A stretch of DNA of 64,000 nt from Pseudomonadota bacterium (GTDB lineage Bacteria > Pseudomonadota > Gammaproteobacteria > Burkholderiales > Burkholderiaceae_A), in assembly GCA_041165705.1 (NCBI GenBank), contig JBEAMW010000062.1, positions 1,580 to 65,579 on the forward strand. Direction: 5' to 3'. The notes beneath the pieces were generated by a model. That model saw nothing but the letters and a program-made list of their open reading frames with translations, searched no databases and had not been told where the DNA came from. The translations under genes and the position numbers were made by a program. The first letter of the stretch is position 1; each line of letters starts with the position of its first letter. Shown in pieces: positions 1 to 14,863 of the stretch.

Positions 1-117
1 AAACTGGTCACCCTTGCCGATGTTGATGGGCGTGGCCTCGTAGGGCATCCCGAGTTCTTCGAGCAGGATGGAGACCTTCTTCCCGTTGGGCGTGGGCCAG
101 GTGTAGAGATGAATCAT
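1..117 (-). CDS. Glutathione S-transferase, YfcG/YghU-like (N-terminal part; runs off the window)
   Basis: My translation of the reverse strand gives [39 protein letters not shown], with the TPNG motif of Nu-class GSTs. The ATG overlaps the prmB stop (ATGA). Confidence 0.85.
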   Translation of the reverse strand, partial: MIHLYTWPTPNGKKVSILLEELGMPYEATPINIGKGDQF

Positions 118-1031
118 GTGCGACCTCCCAGTGAAAAGACGGCCCCTTGGGCCTGGCTCACTTCCAGCCAGAGGGGCTCGAGCGCGGGAAACTCCTCCGC
201 AAACAGAGCCTCGCAGCGCTCCTGCTCAAAGCCCACCTCGCACAGAAGCATCCCTCCGGTGCTGAGACGACCGGGCAGTTCCTGTAGCAGCCTGCGTATG
301 AAGTCCATACCGTCTATGCCTGAGCCAAGTGCGAGGCTGGGCTCTGCCAGGAACTCTGGGGGCAGTGCGTCGACCTTGCTCTGGGGGACATAGGGTGGAT
401 TGCAGAGAATGAGATCGAACTGCTCCTCCGCGCCAAAGCCCTGAAAGAGGTTGGCCTGACGGAGCTCGATCCTCGCCTGAAGGCCGTAGTCGCTGCAGTT
501 CTCTGCAGCCAAGGCGAGCGCGTCGGCGCTGAGATCGCTTCCCACCACACTGGCCTCGGGCCAGCGCAGAGCAGCCTGAATGGCCAGACATCCGGACCCG
601 GTGCAGAGGTCTAGGATGCGGCCAGGTGGGGCCTCAAGGCCATAGACCTCGTCCTGGAGCAGCTCAGCAAGATAGGACCGGGGAATAATGGCACGAGGGT
701 CGGATCGAAATCGCAGGCCCATGAGCCAGGCTTCTCCGAGGATGTAGGCGCAGGGCTTTCGGTCGATCACTCGGGCCCGAACCTGCTCCGCCAGTTGTGC
801 GCGTTCTTGGGGAAGGAGCCGCGCAGAGTCGAAGCGGTGGTCGATATCGAGCGGGAGCCTCAGGCTCCCGAGGACCAGCCAGCGTGCCTCATCGAGGGCC
901 TGCTGGGTGCCCTGCCCATAGGCCACTCCAGCGCGCTCCATGGCCGAGGCGGTGGCACGGACCCAGTCGCCCACCGTGAAGAGGCTATTGGATGCTGCGA
1001 AGGCATCCCAGACCTGGCCTGGGCTCAGCAT
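114..1031 (-). CDS. prmB: Ribosomal protein L3 N5-glutamine methyltransferase
   Basis: [12 protein letters not shown]-binding motif, NPPY motif and IPRS motif; lies downstream of dapE. Confidence 0.93.
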   Translation of the reverse strand: MLSPGQVWDAFAASNSLFTVGDWVRATASAMERAGVAYGQGTQQALDEARWLVLGSLRLPLDIDHRFDSARLLPQERAQLAEQVRARVIDRKPCAYILGEAWLMGLRFRSDPRAIIPRSYLAELLQDEVYGLEAPPGRILDLCTGSGCLAIQAALRWPEASVVGSDLSADALALAAENCSDYGLQARIELRQANLFQGFGAEEQFDLILCNPPYVPQSKVDALPPEFLAEPSLALGSGIDGMDFIRRLLQELPGRLSTGGMLLCEVGFEQERCEALFAEEFPALEPLWLEVSQAQGAVFSLGGRT

Positions 1032-2185
1032 GCTGGCAGCAGCCTGCGCATCGCGCTGAGGTAGACCTGGCTGAGGGGCTCGAGGTCGGCGACTCGGATG
1101 CGCTCGTCGATCTGATGGATGGTGGCGTTGACGGGCCCAAACTCAATCACTTCCTCGCAATGCTTGGCGATGAATCGCCCGTCAGAGGTGCCACCGGTGG
1201 TCGAGAGCTCGGGCTGAATGCCGGTGACTTCGTGAATGGATGCCCGCATGGCGTCGCAGAGTGTGCCTGGGAGTGTGAGGTAGGGCTCGCCGCCGAGTGT
1301 CCAGTCGATCTCGTATCGAAGCGAATGTCGGCTCAGCACGGCCTCCAGTCGGGCCTTCAGGCTCTCAGGGCTGCTCACACTGCCAAAACGGAAGTTGAAT
1401 GCCGCGGAGAGGGCGCCCGGAATGACATTGGTTGCGCCCGTGCCCGCATGGAGGTTGGAGACCTGCCATGTGGTGGGAGGAAAATGTTGGCTACCGTCAT
1501 CCCAGACGATTGCGGCCAGTTCGGCCAGCGCGGGCGCGAATCGATGAATGGGATTCTCTGCCAGGTGGGGGTAGGCGACATGCCCTTGTTTACCAAAGAG
1601 CGTGAGGCGACCCGATAGGGTGCCTCGCCGTCCGTTTTTCACCATGTCTCCCAGCTCTCGGACTGAGGTGGGTTCGCCGACAATGCAATAGGTGAGGGGC
1701 TCGCCTCGATGGGCAAGTTCTCGACAGACCTGCACGGTGCCGTCCAGCGCCGGGCCCTCCTCGTCGGAGGTGATGAGATAGGCGAGTCGCCCCTGAAATT
1801 GAGGACGCTCCTGGATGAAGGCCTCGGTAGCGGTCACGAAGGCCGCCAGAGAGGACTTCATGTCGGCTGCGCCTCGTGCCACCAGCTCGCCGTTGTCATT
1901 GAGGGTGGGGGTGAAGGGTGGCGACGTCCAGGCCTCCAGCGGCCCAGTGGGCACCACATCCGTGTGGCCCGCAAGCACGAGTGTGGGGCCCGCAGCACCC
2001 CCCTCTCGCAGCGCCCAGAGGTTGGTCACCTCACCGAAGGGCAGAATTTCAGTGTGAAAGCCCAGGGGGGCAAGCCGATCAGCAATGAGGCCACAGCAGC
2101 CTGCATCGGCTGGAGTGACCGAGGCACGCTCCAGCAGCTGGATGGCCAATTGCGCCGTGGGGCGGTTGAGGTGGGGATCAGTCAT
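1025..2185 (-). CDS. dapE: Succinyl-diaminopimelate desuccinylase
   Basis: Motifs [29 protein letters not shown] and TIHQIDE. Start placed at ATG 2185. Confidence 0.96.
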   Translation of the reverse strand: MTDPHLNRPTAQLAIQLLERASVTPADAGCCGLIADRLAPLGFHTEILPFGEVTNLWALREGGAAGPTLVLAGHTDVVPTGPLEAWTSPPFTPTLNDNGELVARGAADMKSSLAAFVTATEAFIQERPQFQGRLAYLITSDEEGPALDGTVQVCRELAHRGEPLTYCIVGEPTSVRELGDMVKNGRRGTLSGRLTLFGKQGHVAYPHLAENPIHRFAPALAELAAIVWDDGSQHFPPTTWQVSNLHAGTGATNVIPGALSAAFNFRFGSVSSPESLKARLEAVLSRHSLRYEIDWTLGGEPYLTLPGTLCDAMRASIHEVTGIQPELSTTGGTSDGRFIAKHCEEVIEFGPVNATIHQIDERIRVADLEPLSQVYLSAMRRLLPAC

Positions 2186-2546
2186 GGGTTTCGGTGAGTC
2201 CAAGTCCAAGATAGAGCGAATCGGAGAATCCGACTACGAGTTCTTGCTGCCACTCCAACACGGGCCGCTTGATGAGCAGTGGATTCTCAACCAGCAGCTC
2301 CAGTGCGCTGGCCTGATCGACTACCGCCCGACGACGGTCCTCGGGCAGTTGACGCCAGCTGAGTCCTCGGCGATTGAGCAGGCTGTCGTAGGGAATGCGG
2401 TTTAGCCAGTCCCGGAGTTTGTGGGCATCTGGTGGCGCCTGCTTGAAGTCGACAAAGCAGTAGTCGATCTCATGCTGGGTGAGCCACCGCCGAGCAGCCC
2501 TCACCTGATCGCAGTTTGGAATCCCGTAAACGGTGGGCCCTGCCAA
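2178..2546 (-). CDS. ArsC/Spx-family protein (YffB-like)
   Basis: VYGIPNCD..., LLNRRG..W and LIKRPV motifs; usual position between dapD and dapE. Confidence 0.88.
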   Translation of the reverse strand: MAGPTVYGIPNCDQVRAARRWLTQHEIDYCFVDFKQAPPDAHKLRDWLNRIPYDSLLNRRGLSWRQLPEDRRRAVVDQASALELLVENPLLIKRPVLEWQQELVVGFSDSLYLGLGLTETHD

Positions 2547-2549
2547 GCC

Positions 2550-3380
2550 TTAGTCTCCTCGCAGGAGTTCGTTGATGCTGGTCTTGGCGCGCGTCTGTGC
2601 ATCGACCCGTTTGACGATGACAGCACAGTTCAGGCTGTAGCGTCCGTCTGCGGAGGGGAGGCTGCCCGGCACGACGACACTGCCGGAGGGGACTCGTCCC
2701 ATGAAGATCTCGCCGGTGGCCCGATCGTAGATGCGGGTGGACTGGCCGATGAAGACTCCCATCGACAGCACCGAGTGTTCCTCGACGATGACCCCTTCCA
2801 CCACCTCAGAGCGGGCTCCGATGAAGCAGTTGTCTTCAATGATGGTGGGATTGGCCTGGAGTGGCTCAAGTACGCCACCGATGCCCACTCCGCCAGAGAG
2901 GTGGACGTTCTTGCCGATCTGCGCACAGGAGCCCACGGTGGCCCAGGTGTCTACCATCGTGCCTTCATCCACATAGGCCCCGATGTTGACGTAGGAGGGC
3001 ATGAGCACCACATTCTTCGCCATATAGCTGCCGCGGCGAGCCATGGCGGGCGGGACCACGCGGACGCCGCTGGCTGCGATCTCCTCGGGGGTCATCTGGG
3101 CAAACTTGGTGGGGACTTTGTCAAAGAAGCGGAGGTCGCCCGCCTCGATGGGCGCGTTGTCGTTCAGCCGAAAGCTGAGCAGCACCGCCTTCTTGATCCA
3201 TTGGTGGACGACCCATTCGCCGGAGGCCTTGGACGCGACCCGAATCTCTCCGCGGTCGAGCAGGCGAATGATCTCCTCAACTCCCTCACGGAGGGGCTGG
3301 GGATGTTGCTTCGGCGTGAGAGAGGCTCGGTCCTCCCAGGCTGAATCGATGAGGGACTGAAGGTCGGAATGATTGGACAT
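2550..3380 (-). CDS. dapD: 2,3,4,5-tetrahydropyridine-2,6-dicarboxylate N-succinyltransferase
   Basis: [36 protein letters not shown] and [12 protein letters not shown]. True start is MSNHSDL at 3380; the ORF-track extension overlaps queF. Confidence 0.97.
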   Translation of the reverse strand: MSNHSDLQSLIDSAWEDRASLTPKQHPQPLREGVEEIIRLLDRGEIRVASKASGEWVVHQWIKKAVLLSFRLNDNAPIEAGDLRFFDKVPTKFAQMTPEEIAASGVRVVPPAMARRGSYMAKNVVLMPSYVNIGAYVDEGTMVDTWATVGSCAQIGKNVHLSGGVGIGGVLEPLQANPTIIEDNCFIGARSEVVEGVIVEEHSVLSMGVFIGQSTRIYDRATGEIFMGRVPSGSVVVPGSLPSADGRYSLNCAVIVKRVDAQTRAKTSINELLRGD

Positions 3381-3388
3381 GTCGGGTC

Positions 3389-3805
3389 CTAGCGAACGGA
3401 GGGTTGGATGGGGAAGTCGTGGAGTTCGACTCGAGGTTTGGGCTGCCAGCCCGCCGCCTGATGATCGGCCACGACCGTGGTGAAGATGCCGCCGCGCACA
3501 TACCAGCGTGCAGTGAGACGAATGAAGCGAGGCTGTGCGGCGCGCACCAGGTCGTCCAGAATGGAGTTGGTGACCGCCTCGTGAAAAGCGCCCTGGTCTC
3601 GGTAGGACCACATGTAGAGCTTGAGTGCCTTGAGCTCGAGGTTGGCCTGATCGGGGATGTAGTCGATCGTGAGGTGGGCAAAATCGGGCTGACCCGTGAG
3701 CGGGCACAGGCAGGTGAATTCGGGCACCTCGATGTGAATCTGATAGTCGCGCTGGGGCTGCGGGTTGGGAAAAGTCTGGAGGTCGCGGGAAGGTTGGGTA
3801 GACAT
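3389..3805 (-). CDS. queF: NADPH-dependent 7-cyano-7-deazaguanine reductase (short, single-domain QueF)
   Basis: [15 protein letters not shown] with catalytic Cys/Asp, QueF motif [11 protein letters not shown] and VRGGI. Confidence 0.93.
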   Translation of the reverse strand: MSTQPSRDLQTFPNPQPQRDYQIHIEVPEFTCLCPLTGQPDFAHLTIDYIPDQANLELKALKLYMWSYRDQGAFHEAVTNSILDDLVRAAQPRFIRLTARWYVRGGIFTTVVADHQAAGWQPKPRVELHDFPIQPSVR

Positions 3806-3896
3806 GTTTGCCGGTTTTTATGCAATTTAAGCGAAGTTGATGCATTTACCCATAATTAACTGGTGAGTTGAGGGCAGAAAGCATCAGGTTTTGCAC

Positions 3897-3906
3897 TGTT
3901 ATTATA
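3897..3906. promoter_or_regulatory. Overlapping divergent -10 elements for smc (+) and queF (-)
   Basis: Plus strand has TGtTATTAT at 3897-3905; minus strand has TATAAT at 3901-3906, in an AT-rich gap. Confidence 0.5.
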
Positions 3907-3935
3907 TCGCAGCCTCACTCTGGAGCCTTTTCGCC

Positions 3936-6900
3936 TTGCGTCTCACACAGCTTCGCCTTTCAGGATTTAAATCCTTCGTGGATCCCACCCAGCTTGCGGT
4001 TTCTCGGCAGCTGGTGGGAATTGTCGGACCTAACGGCTGCGGCAAGTCCAACGTCATTGATGCTGTGCGCTGGGTGCTTGGGGAGTCCAAGGCCTCAGAG
4101 CTGCGTGGCGAGAACATGCAGGACGTCATCTTTAATGGCTCGGCCTCGCGAAAGCCAGCCGGTCGTGCCAGCGTTGAACTCATCTTCGACAACAGCGAGG
4201 GCCGCCTTGCCGGTCCCTGGGGTCGATTTGGTGAGCTCTCCGTCAAGCGGGTTCTCACCCGAGAGGGGCAGTCCAACTACTTCATCAATGGCCAGCACGT
4301 TCGGCGCAAGGATGTCTACGATCTCTTCATGGGCACGGGGCTTGGGCCGCGAGCCTACGCGATCATTGGCCAGGGAATGATCTCGCGGGTGATTGAGTCC
4401 CGTCCGGAGGAGCTTCGGGTCTTTCTGGAGGAGGCGGCGGGGGTGTCCAAGTATCGCGAGCGACGGCGTGAGACAGAAGGACGCCTGGAGGACGCGCGCG
4501 AGAACCTGTCTCGTGTGGAGGACATTCGCCTGGAGCTCTCGCAGCGGATCGAGTCTCTGACCGCTCAGGCGGAGGTGGCGGGGCGCTATCAGGGGCTGAT
4601 CGCCCGCCGCACGGAGCGACAAACCCTCCTGCTGGCCCTGAGAAGACATGAGTCGGTGGTGAGCCTCGCGCAGCAGCGCAGGCATCGCGATGCACTGCTC
4701 ACCCAGCGCGAGGCCCTCATGGCCCAGGCGGCGGCAGCGCGTCAGGCGGTGGAGGCCACGCGGGTGGAGTGGGAGGCTGCGCAAGAGAAGGTCCAGCTCG
4801 CCCAGACTGCGCTCTACGAATGCAACACCCGGGTCGCTCGGCAGGAGGCCGAGGACCAGGCCCACCGCCAGGCCCTCGAGCGCGCTCAGCTGCTCCTTGC
4901 CGACTCCCAGAGCCAGTCCGCCTCCATTCAGGCCGACATGGAGGCCAATGAGAGGCGCCAGACGGAGGTTGGTGGGGTGCGTTCAGCCCTGGTGAGCGAA
5001 CTGGAGCAGTCGTGTCAGCAGGTGCTCGCCCTTGCGTCCGCTCTTGAGCCCCTCGAGCGGGCCAGTGAAGAGGCCTCACTGGCCCTTGCTGAGGCCCGCG
5101 CCCTGAGCTCAGCGGCTGAGGCGGACGAGCGCGGCCTGGCGGCCAGGTTCTCCGACGCCCAGCTGCAGCACAAACGCCTGCAGGAGCGGCTTCATTCTGC
5201 GAGTGAGGCCATTCGCACCCTAGAGGTGCTGGATCCCACCGCCCTGAGCGGAATTCTGTCTCAACAGGCGGAGGCGAAGGGCCTGGCTCAGCAGGCCAGC
5301 GATGCGCTCGCCTTGGCCCAGGCAGCCATTCAGCGGGCAGAGGCCGAGCTACAGGTCACGCGTGCTGAGGAGTCCAATGCCCGGCGAGAGTCTGATCGCC
5401 TTGCCGCAGAGCTCCGTGCTCAGCAGGCGATCCTTCAGCGCCTTGAGTCGCCCGGGGCGCTTGGGCCCTGGCTGGAGCGTCACCAGCTGAAGGGACGTCC
5501 TGCCCTCTGGTCTTCTCTGCAGGTAGAGCCTGGCTGGCAACAGGCCGTGGGCGCGGTGCTCGCGGATCGGCTTGCAGCGCTCGGCCTTGATTCTCTGGAG
5601 CAGGTGGAGTCCTATGCTGCATCGCTCCCCCCCGCCAATCAGTTCTTCTTCAGCGGAACCGCCACATCCCCTCAGACCGCCCCACAGGGCCTGGCCCTCA
5701 AGGTGTCTGGACCCGAGACAGTGGTTCGACTCGCACAGTCTTGGCTGGTGAATGGCCTGCCCTCGGAAAGCCTGACTGAGGCGCTCGCACAGCGAAGCCG
5801 CCTGGGCCCAGACCAGTTCTATGCCACTCGAGAGGGGCACCTGGTGGGGAGTCACTGGGTGCGCCTGCATGGAGAGTCTCAGAATGACGGCTCGGGCCTG
5901 CTGGCCCAGCGTGACCAGGTGGAGGAGCTCCGGCGCCAGAGCCAGGCCGCGCAGCTGATTCGAGATGAGGCAGTCTCCAGCCTTCAGTCGGCAGAACAGC
6001 GGCTCGAGGGGCTTCGCAAGCAGCTGGCGACCCAGCGAGATGCAGAGGCCAAGGCCCGTGCACGGGCCCACGAGCTCGAGGTGACGGCCGTTCGAATCCA
6101 GGAGAAGGCGGAGCGGCTCAAGCAGCGCTCCACTGAGCTGGAGATGAGCCGTAACGCCGCCGAACAGGAGCTTCAGACGGTCACTCAGCAGCTGGAGGCC
6201 ATTCAGGGCCAGCGCACGCAGGCACAGGCCGCCCGCGAGTCGAGCCGGGCTGCCTTTGACTCGGCGCAGGCTGAGGCGCAGGCCGCTCAGCTGGCCTGGT
6301 CGGAGGGCCGTCAGGCCCATGCCCGTGCGCAGGAGGTTCAGAAGAGCCTTGAGCTCCAGGAGCGCTCTCTACAGGAGCAGTCTGCACGCCTGAGCGCTGA
6401 ACTGGTGTCTCTGCAGGCTCGACTGGAGGAGGGCCTGCGGCGAGCCGATGCGGCGCGGGTCGAGGCCGAGCAGGCGCAGCAGCGCATCGGGGAGAGTCCA
6501 CTTCAGAGCATGGTTCAGGAGCGTTTTGTGCGTGAGGGCGACCTCGCCCAGGCCCGCAACACCGCAGATGGGATTGCACAGACCCTGCGTGAACATGACG
6601 AGAACCGGCTGCGCCTGGAGCGTGATGCCATTCCGTTGGCCGAGCAGTCGGCCCAGGCGGAGGCCGCCATGGCCGGGGCCCAGGCCACGATGGAGCAGAT
6701 CGACCAGCAGGTGGTGGATCTGGGCCTGGATATTCGCGCCGTCAGCGAGGGCTGGCCCGCTTTTGAGATGCCTGAGCATCAGCCCAAGCCCGCAACGGTG
6801 TCTGCCGATGTCAGCCGCCTCACCCGAGAGATCGAGGCACTGGGTCCGGTCAACCTCGCCGCCTTGCAGGAGCTCGAGCAATCACGGGAACGGCAGGGCT

Positions 6901-7441
6901 TTCTGGAGGCTCAGGCCGCAGATCTGCTCAGCGCCGTGGAGACGCTCGAGGATGCCATCCGAAAGATCGACCGGGAGAGTCGGGCCCTGCTGCAGTCCAC
7001 CTACGACACCGTGAACTCCAATTTCTCCAAACTCTTCCCCAGCCTGTTTGGGGGAGGTGAGGCGCGGCTGGTGCTCACTGGCGATGAGATCCTCGATGCC
7101 GGCGTCCAGGTCATGGCTCAGCCACCGGGCAAGAAGAACAGCAGCATTCATCTGCTCTCCGGTGGCGAGAAGGCGCTCACAGCCACTGCGCTCGTCTTTG
7201 CGCTCTTTCAGCTCAATCCCGCGCCCTTCTGTCTGCTCGACGAGGTGGACGCACCGCTGGACGATCCCAATACCGAACGCCTCTGTCGGCTGGTGAGAGA
7301 GATGTCAGCCGCCACGCAGTTCATCTTTATCACCCACAACAAGATCGCAATGGAACTCGCCGAGCACCTGGTGGGTGTCACGATGCAGGAGCAGGGGGTA
7401 TCGAGGCTGGTTGCGGTGGATCTCGAGGCGCAGGTGGCCTA

Positions 7442-7442
<1 letters not shown>
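3936..7442 (+). CDS. smc: Chromosome segregation protein SMC
   Basis: GFKSF, Walker A GPNGCGKSN, long coiled coils with a hinge, LSGGE signature and LLDEVDAPLD. TTG start at 3936 with GGAG upstream. Confidence 0.97.
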
Positions 7443-10409
<2,967 letters not shown>

Positions 10410-10448
10410 ACTCTTATCAACCCTTAATTCCATTCGAGGACTCCCGTC

Positions 10449-11342
10449 ATGTCCCTGACCCAACCCAAACGAGTTCGCAAGGCCGTCTTTCCTGTTGCGG
10501 GCCTGGGTACCCGCTTTCTTCCGGCCACGAAGGCCAGCCCCAAAGAGATGCTCCCGATCGTCGACAAGCCCCTTATCCAGTATGCGGTGGAGGAGGCGGT
10601 TTCAGCAGGGATCACCGAACTCATCTTCATCACCGGGCGGTCCAAGCGTGCCATTGAGGACCATTTCGATAAGGCCTATGAGCTCGAGGCAGAGCTTGAG
10701 GCCAAGGGAAAGGACGCACTTCTTGAGCTCGTTCGTGGGGTGACTCCCCCAGGCGTGAACTGCATTTATATCCGTCAGGCAGAGCCGCTTGGGCTCGGCC
10801 ATGCCGTGCTCTGTGCGCGCCCAGTCGTTGGGGACGAGCCCTTCGCGGTCATCCTGGCCGACGACCTCATGGATGCGGGAGAAGGGGGGCAGCCGATCAT
10901 GGCCCAGATGGTTCATGTCTACGAAAAGCACCTGGCCAGCATCGTCGCTGTGCAGGATGTACCGCTCTCTGAAACCCACAAGTACGGAATAGTTGCGAGT
11001 AGTCCCTGGGGCCAGCGTACCGAACGCATCACCTCCATCGTCGAGAAGCCTGCGCAGGGCACGGCGCCTTCAAACCTTGCGGTCGTGGGCCGGTATCTGC
11101 TCACCCCCCGACTCTTCGAGATTCTGGCCAGCCTTCCACCGGGAACCGGAGGCGAGATTCAGCTCACCGATGGCATTGCGCGTCTGCTTGCCGATGAGCC
11201 CATCCTCGCCTATCGCTACGAGGGAACGCGCTTTGACTGTGGCTCCAAGCTGGGCTATCTGCAGGCCAACGTCACTCTGGCACGACGCCATCGGGATGAA
11301 GGCCCGGCCTTTGAGGCCTGGCTGCGTTCGACCCTGGGCTAG
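10449..11342 (+). CDS. galU: UTP-glucose-1-phosphate uridylyltransferase
   Basis: [28 protein letters not shown] and GGEIQLTD. Confidence 0.96.
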   Translation: MSLTQPKRVRKAVFPVAGLGTRFLPATKASPKEMLPIVDKPLIQYAVEEAVSAGITELIFITGRSKRAIEDHFDKAYELEAELEAKGKDALLELVRGVTPPGVNCIYIRQAEPLGLGHAVLCARPVVGDEPFAVILADDLMDAGEGGQPIMAQMVHVYEKHLASIVAVQDVPLSETHKYGIVASSPWGQRTERITSIVEKPAQGTAPSNLAVVGRYLLTPRLFEILASLPPGTGGEIQLTDGIARLLADEPILAYRYEGTRFDCGSKLGYLQANVTLARRHRDEGPAFEAWLRSTLG

Positions 11343-13957
11343 GCGGCTTGTTGGTCTAGTCCCGTGTGGAGGGCCGCAAGCAGGGCCCGCTCGAGCGCAA
11401 TCTGGCTTCGATCATGCTGGAGATTGCCGCCTTGCAAGAGAAAGACATCCTCCACGCGCTCGCCGAGTGTGGTGATACGCGCGCTCGCAACGTCAACCTC
11501 GAATTCGGCCAGCACATGGGCAACCCCATAGAGCAGCCCAGGTCGGTCGACCGTGGTGAGGCTGAGGGTGAAGGTGCGAAGGTTCTCGTCCGGTGTGATC
11601 TGCACGCTGGTCGTCACTGGGAAGCTCCGGGACTGTCGGGAGAGACGACCCAGCTGTGGTGCGGGAAGCGCCGCATGGGAGGAGAGCAGACGAATGAGAT
11701 CGTCGGATATCAGGCTCAGCATCTCCCTCTGACGACCCTCTAGCGGGCGAGCATCGAGCAGGAAGGAATCTAGCGCATACCCAGCGGTGGTGGTGTGAAT
11801 CTGCGCATCGAGAACCGCAAGACCCTTGCTGTGGAAATAGTGGGCTAGCCGAGCAAACAAGGCGTGAGTGTCTTTGACATAGACCATCACCTGGATCGCC
11901 TCCCCGCCGGTTGCGAGTCGCGCGGCCACTGCGGGTTCGGTGCTGTTGAGCGGGATGCGGGCTGCGTGCCAGGCGATCTCGGAGGCCTCATGCCGAAGCA
12001 GATACCCGAGGGGGAGCGTGGCCCAGAGGCGACGGGCACGGTCGGGATCCTCGCCCTCGAGCTGGAGCAGTCGAATGGCCTCCGCGCGTTTGGTCTTGAG
12101 TGCTGCACGCTGCAGGGCCTGAGGCGCATCGATCGACTGGTCGGCCTCGAGAACCTCCCGTGTGAGTCGATAGAGCGCTGCCAGAAGCCGTCCTTTCCAG
12201 TGGTTCCAGACCTTTGGGCTGGTGCCTCGAATATCGGCCACTGTGAGAATGTAGAGGGCCTGGAGCCGTTCAACGGTCTGCACCTTCGCCGCAAATCGGG
12301 CAATCACCTCTGGATCGGCGAGGTCTTGCTTCTGGGCTACGGTCGACATGGTGAGGTGTTCGGCCACCAGAAACTGGATCAGGCTGGCGGTCTCTGCGTC
12401 GAGGCCGTAGTGTTTTGCGAAGCGTCGCACCTCAATCTCGCCGAGCTGGGAGTGGTCGCCGCCTCGACCCTTGGCAATGTCATGAAAGAGCGCGGCGAGG
12501 TAGAGCTTCCACGGTGCGCCAAAGTCGGTCATGAGCTCAGTGAGGTCTGGAAACTCATGGGCGTGCTCATCCATGGTGAGGCGGCGCAGATTGCGGATCA
12601 CCTGAAGAATGTGCTGGTCCACGGTGTAGACGTGAAAGAGGTCGTGCTGCATCTGGCCGATAATTTTGCGAAACACGGGCAGCATGCGCCCCAGGATGCC
12701 CAGGTCATTCATCAGGCGCAGTGCATGCACCATGCCCTTGGGCTCTTTGAAGAGGGCAATGAGCGCGGCCTTGTTCTCCTCGCGCTCGCGAAACTCCTTA
12801 TTCACCTGAACCCGCGCGTTCCAGAGGGCACGACGGGTCTTGGCGGTCATGTCCCGGCGAGAAGAGTGACGGGCCATCATCAGAAATGCCCGAAGAATGG
12901 CCGAGGGATCCCGTTCGAAGAGGTGCTCATCGTGAATGTCGAGCAGGCCCCGGGTGTCGCAGAACTCCGCATCAAGTGGGCGAGAGGCCTCTGTTAGTGA
13001 TCCCCCCCGCCGATGGCTCATGGACTCGAGGTTTGCAATGAGCAGTGGCGTCACCTGGGAGACGATCTTGGCTGCAACGTAGTAGCGCTGCATGAGGACC
13101 TCACTGATCCGCCGGCCAGGCTTGGCCGAGAATCCCAGCCGCTCTGCAATGGGCCGCTGGAGATCAAAGACCAGTCGATCCTCTCGCCGGCCCGTGACGA
13201 GATGGAGATGGGCTCGAATGGTCTGAAGAAAGCGCTGCTGACGGGCAAGCTGGGCGGACTCCTGGCGGGTGAGCAGGCCTGCCTTTGCGAGGCTTGCCCA
13301 GTCGGCGCCCAGGCCGTAGCCCCGGGTGATCCAGAGCACCGTTTGGAGGTCGCGCAGCCCGCCTGGGCTCTCCTTGACATGGGGCTCCAGGGCATACGGG
13401 GTGTCTTGAAACCGGTGATGGCGCTGCTGCATCTCGAGCAGCTTGCCCTGGGCAAAATTCTCTGGATCGATTGCCGCGGTCCAGACCGAGGAAATCGCCT
13501 GGACGAGCCCCGGTGGGCCGGCCAGCTGCCTGGACTCCAGCAGGGCGGTTGCCACGGTAAGGTCGTCTCGTGCCTGCTGAGCGCAGTCATTCAGGCTTCG
13601 TACGCTGTGCCCAGCGTCCAGGCCGCAGTCCCAGAGGCTGGTGAGGAACTCAGAGAGGCCCTCTTGCTGCTCGGCACTGGGCTCTCCGTCTTGGGGGAGG
13701 AGGATGAGGAGGTCGATATCAGAGAAGGGCGAGAGCTCAGCCCGCCCATACCCGCCCACGGCGAGTAGCCCAACCTTGGCGAGACGATCGGAGGGCCAGA
13801 GTGAACAGATGACGCGGTCGATGTCCTCGCTCAGCTCGGCCAGCAGGGCTCTCGGCGGCCGTCCAGCGTCCCAGCCCTGCGCATTCTTGGCCCTCGCCTC
13901 GGCCACCCGCGTCTTGGCCGCAAGGGCAGGAGGGGGGGAGGCCAGTCGCGTCGACAA
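11339..13957 (-). CDS. glnD: [Protein-PII] uridylyltransferase/uridylyl-removing enzyme
   Basis: [26 protein letters not shown] domain ([11 protein letters not shown]) and two ACT domains. Start inferred as TTG 13957. Confidence 0.95.
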   Translation of the reverse strand: MSTRLASPPPALAAKTRVAEARAKNAQGWDAGRPPRALLAELSEDIDRVICSLWPSDRLAKVGLLAVGGYGRAELSPFSDIDLLILLPQDGEPSAEQQEGLSEFLTSLWDCGLDAGHSVRSLNDCAQQARDDLTVATALLESRQLAGPPGLVQAISSVWTAAIDPENFAQGKLLEMQQRHHRFQDTPYALEPHVKESPGGLRDLQTVLWITRGYGLGADWASLAKAGLLTRQESAQLARQQRFLQTIRAHLHLVTGRREDRLVFDLQRPIAERLGFSAKPGRRISEVLMQRYYVAAKIVSQVTPLLIANLESMSHRRGGSLTEASRPLDAEFCDTRGLLDIHDEHLFERDPSAILRAFLMMARHSSRRDMTAKTRRALWNARVQVNKEFREREENKAALIALFKEPKGMVHALRLMNDLGILGRMLPVFRKIIGQMQHDLFHVYTVDQHILQVIRNLRRLTMDEHAHEFPDLTELMTDFGAPWKLYLAALFHDIAKGRGGDHSQLGEIEVRRFAKHYGLDAETASLIQFLVAEHLTMSTVAQKQDLADPEVIARFAAKVQTVERLQALYILTVADIRGTSPKVWNHWKGRLLAALYRLTREVLEADQSIDAPQALQRAALKTKRAEAIRLLQLEGEDPDRARRLWATLPLGYLLRHEASEIAWHAARIPLNSTEPAVAARLATGGEAIQVMVYVKDTHALFARLAHYFHSKGLAVLDAQIHTTTAGYALDSFLLDARPLEGRQREMLSLISDDLIRLLSSHAALPAPQLGRLSRQSRSFPVTTSVQITPDENLRTFTLSLTTVDRPGLLYGVAHVLAEFEVDVASARITTLGERVEDVFLLQGGNLQHDRSQIALERALLAALHTGLDQQAA

Positions 13958-13959
13958 GG

Positions 13960-14754
13960 CTAGGCTCGGTGGGCGTCTGGGCTGCCGTCTGAGACCGTGA
14001 GCACTGAGAATCCGGTCTCTGTGACGAGCACGGTGTGCTCCCACTGGGCCGAGAGGCTGTGGTCTTTGGTGACAATCGTCCAGCCATCGGCGAGTTCGCG
14101 AATGTCGGGACGCCCCGCGTTGATCATGGGCTCGATGGTGAAGGTCATGCCAGGCGCCAGCTTCATGCCCGTGCCGGGCTTTCCGTAGTGCAGGACCTGG
14201 GGGTCTTCATGAAAGACCTTGCCAATCCCGTGGCCGCAGAACTCCCGGACCACGGAGAAGCCGTGCGACTCAGCGTGACGCTGAATGGCATGGCCAATGT
14301 CGCCTAAGGTCTTTCCTGGTGCCACTTGCTCGATGCCCTTCCACATGCACTCATGCGTGACATCGACCAGGCGCTTGGCGGCCACCGACGGCGTACCCAC
14401 CATGAACATCCGGCTGGTGTCCCCGTGGTAGCCGTTCTTGATCACGGTGATGTCGATATTCACGATGTCGCCGTTTTTCAGCACCTTGCTGCCCGGTACG
14501 CCGTGGCAGACCTGGTGGTTCACCGAGGTGCAGATGGACTTGGGGTAGGGCGAATACCCAGGGGGGCAATAGTTGAGCGGAGCGGGAATGGAGCCCTGCA
14601 CCTCGACCATGAAGTCATGGCAGAGCTTGTCGAGCGCTTCGGTGCTCACGCCAGGCTTGACGTGGGGCGTGATGAAGTCCAAAACCTCGCTGGCAAGCCG
14701 CCCTGCGAGTCGCATGCCCTCGATATCTTCAGATGATTTGATTGAAACGGCCAT
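13960..14754 (-). CDS. map: Methionine aminopeptidase type I
   Basis: CHGVP, DITV, GDTSR, GHGIG, TIEPM and AQWEHT. Confidence 0.97.
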   Translation of the reverse strand: MAVSIKSSEDIEGMRLAGRLASEVLDFITPHVKPGVSTEALDKLCHDFMVEVQGSIPAPLNYCPPGYSPYPKSICTSVNHQVCHGVPGSKVLKNGDIVNIDITVIKNGYHGDTSRMFMVGTPSVAAKRLVDVTHECMWKGIEQVAPGKTLGDIGHAIQRHAESHGFSVVREFCGHGIGKVFHEDPQVLHYGKPGTGMKLAPGMTFTIEPMINAGRPDIRELADGWTIVTKDHSLSAQWEHTVLVTETGFSVLTVSDGSPDAHRA

Positions 14755-14758
14755 AAAT

Positions 14759-14767
14759 TGTTAAAAT
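14759..14767 (+). promoter_or_regulatory. Extended -10 promoter of rpsB
   Basis: TGtTAAAAT upstream of the structured rpsB leader. A divergent TATGAT (minus strand, 14767-14772) lies before map. Confidence 0.55.
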
Positions 14768-14774
14768 CATACGC

Positions 14775-14863
14775 TTTTATGAGTCACGCGCTGCGGCGCA
14801 AGGGTGTGCCCCCGTGCACCGAGCCGCTAAGCGTTAGATCCAACCCTTGCTAGGAGCAAAACC
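14775..14863 (+). ncRNA. rpsB 5' leader (t44-like, S2 autoregulatory element)
   Basis: Position, plus pairings GCGGC/GCCGC, GCAAGGGT (14798-14805)/ACCCTTGC (14843-14850) and a TTGCT-AGG-AGCAA hairpin over the SD. Confidence 0.6.

Noticed and set aside
3381-3845. Apparent 154-aa N-terminal extension of DapD, and similar extensions on glnD, bamD, holB, trmH, smpB and msrB
   Set aside because: These are longest-ORF artefacts. They overlap neighbouring genes, and family homology begins at the downstream starts.
4560-6720. Repetitive GAG/CAG/GCC texture in smc
   Set aside because: This is coiled-coil coding sequence, not a repeat array.
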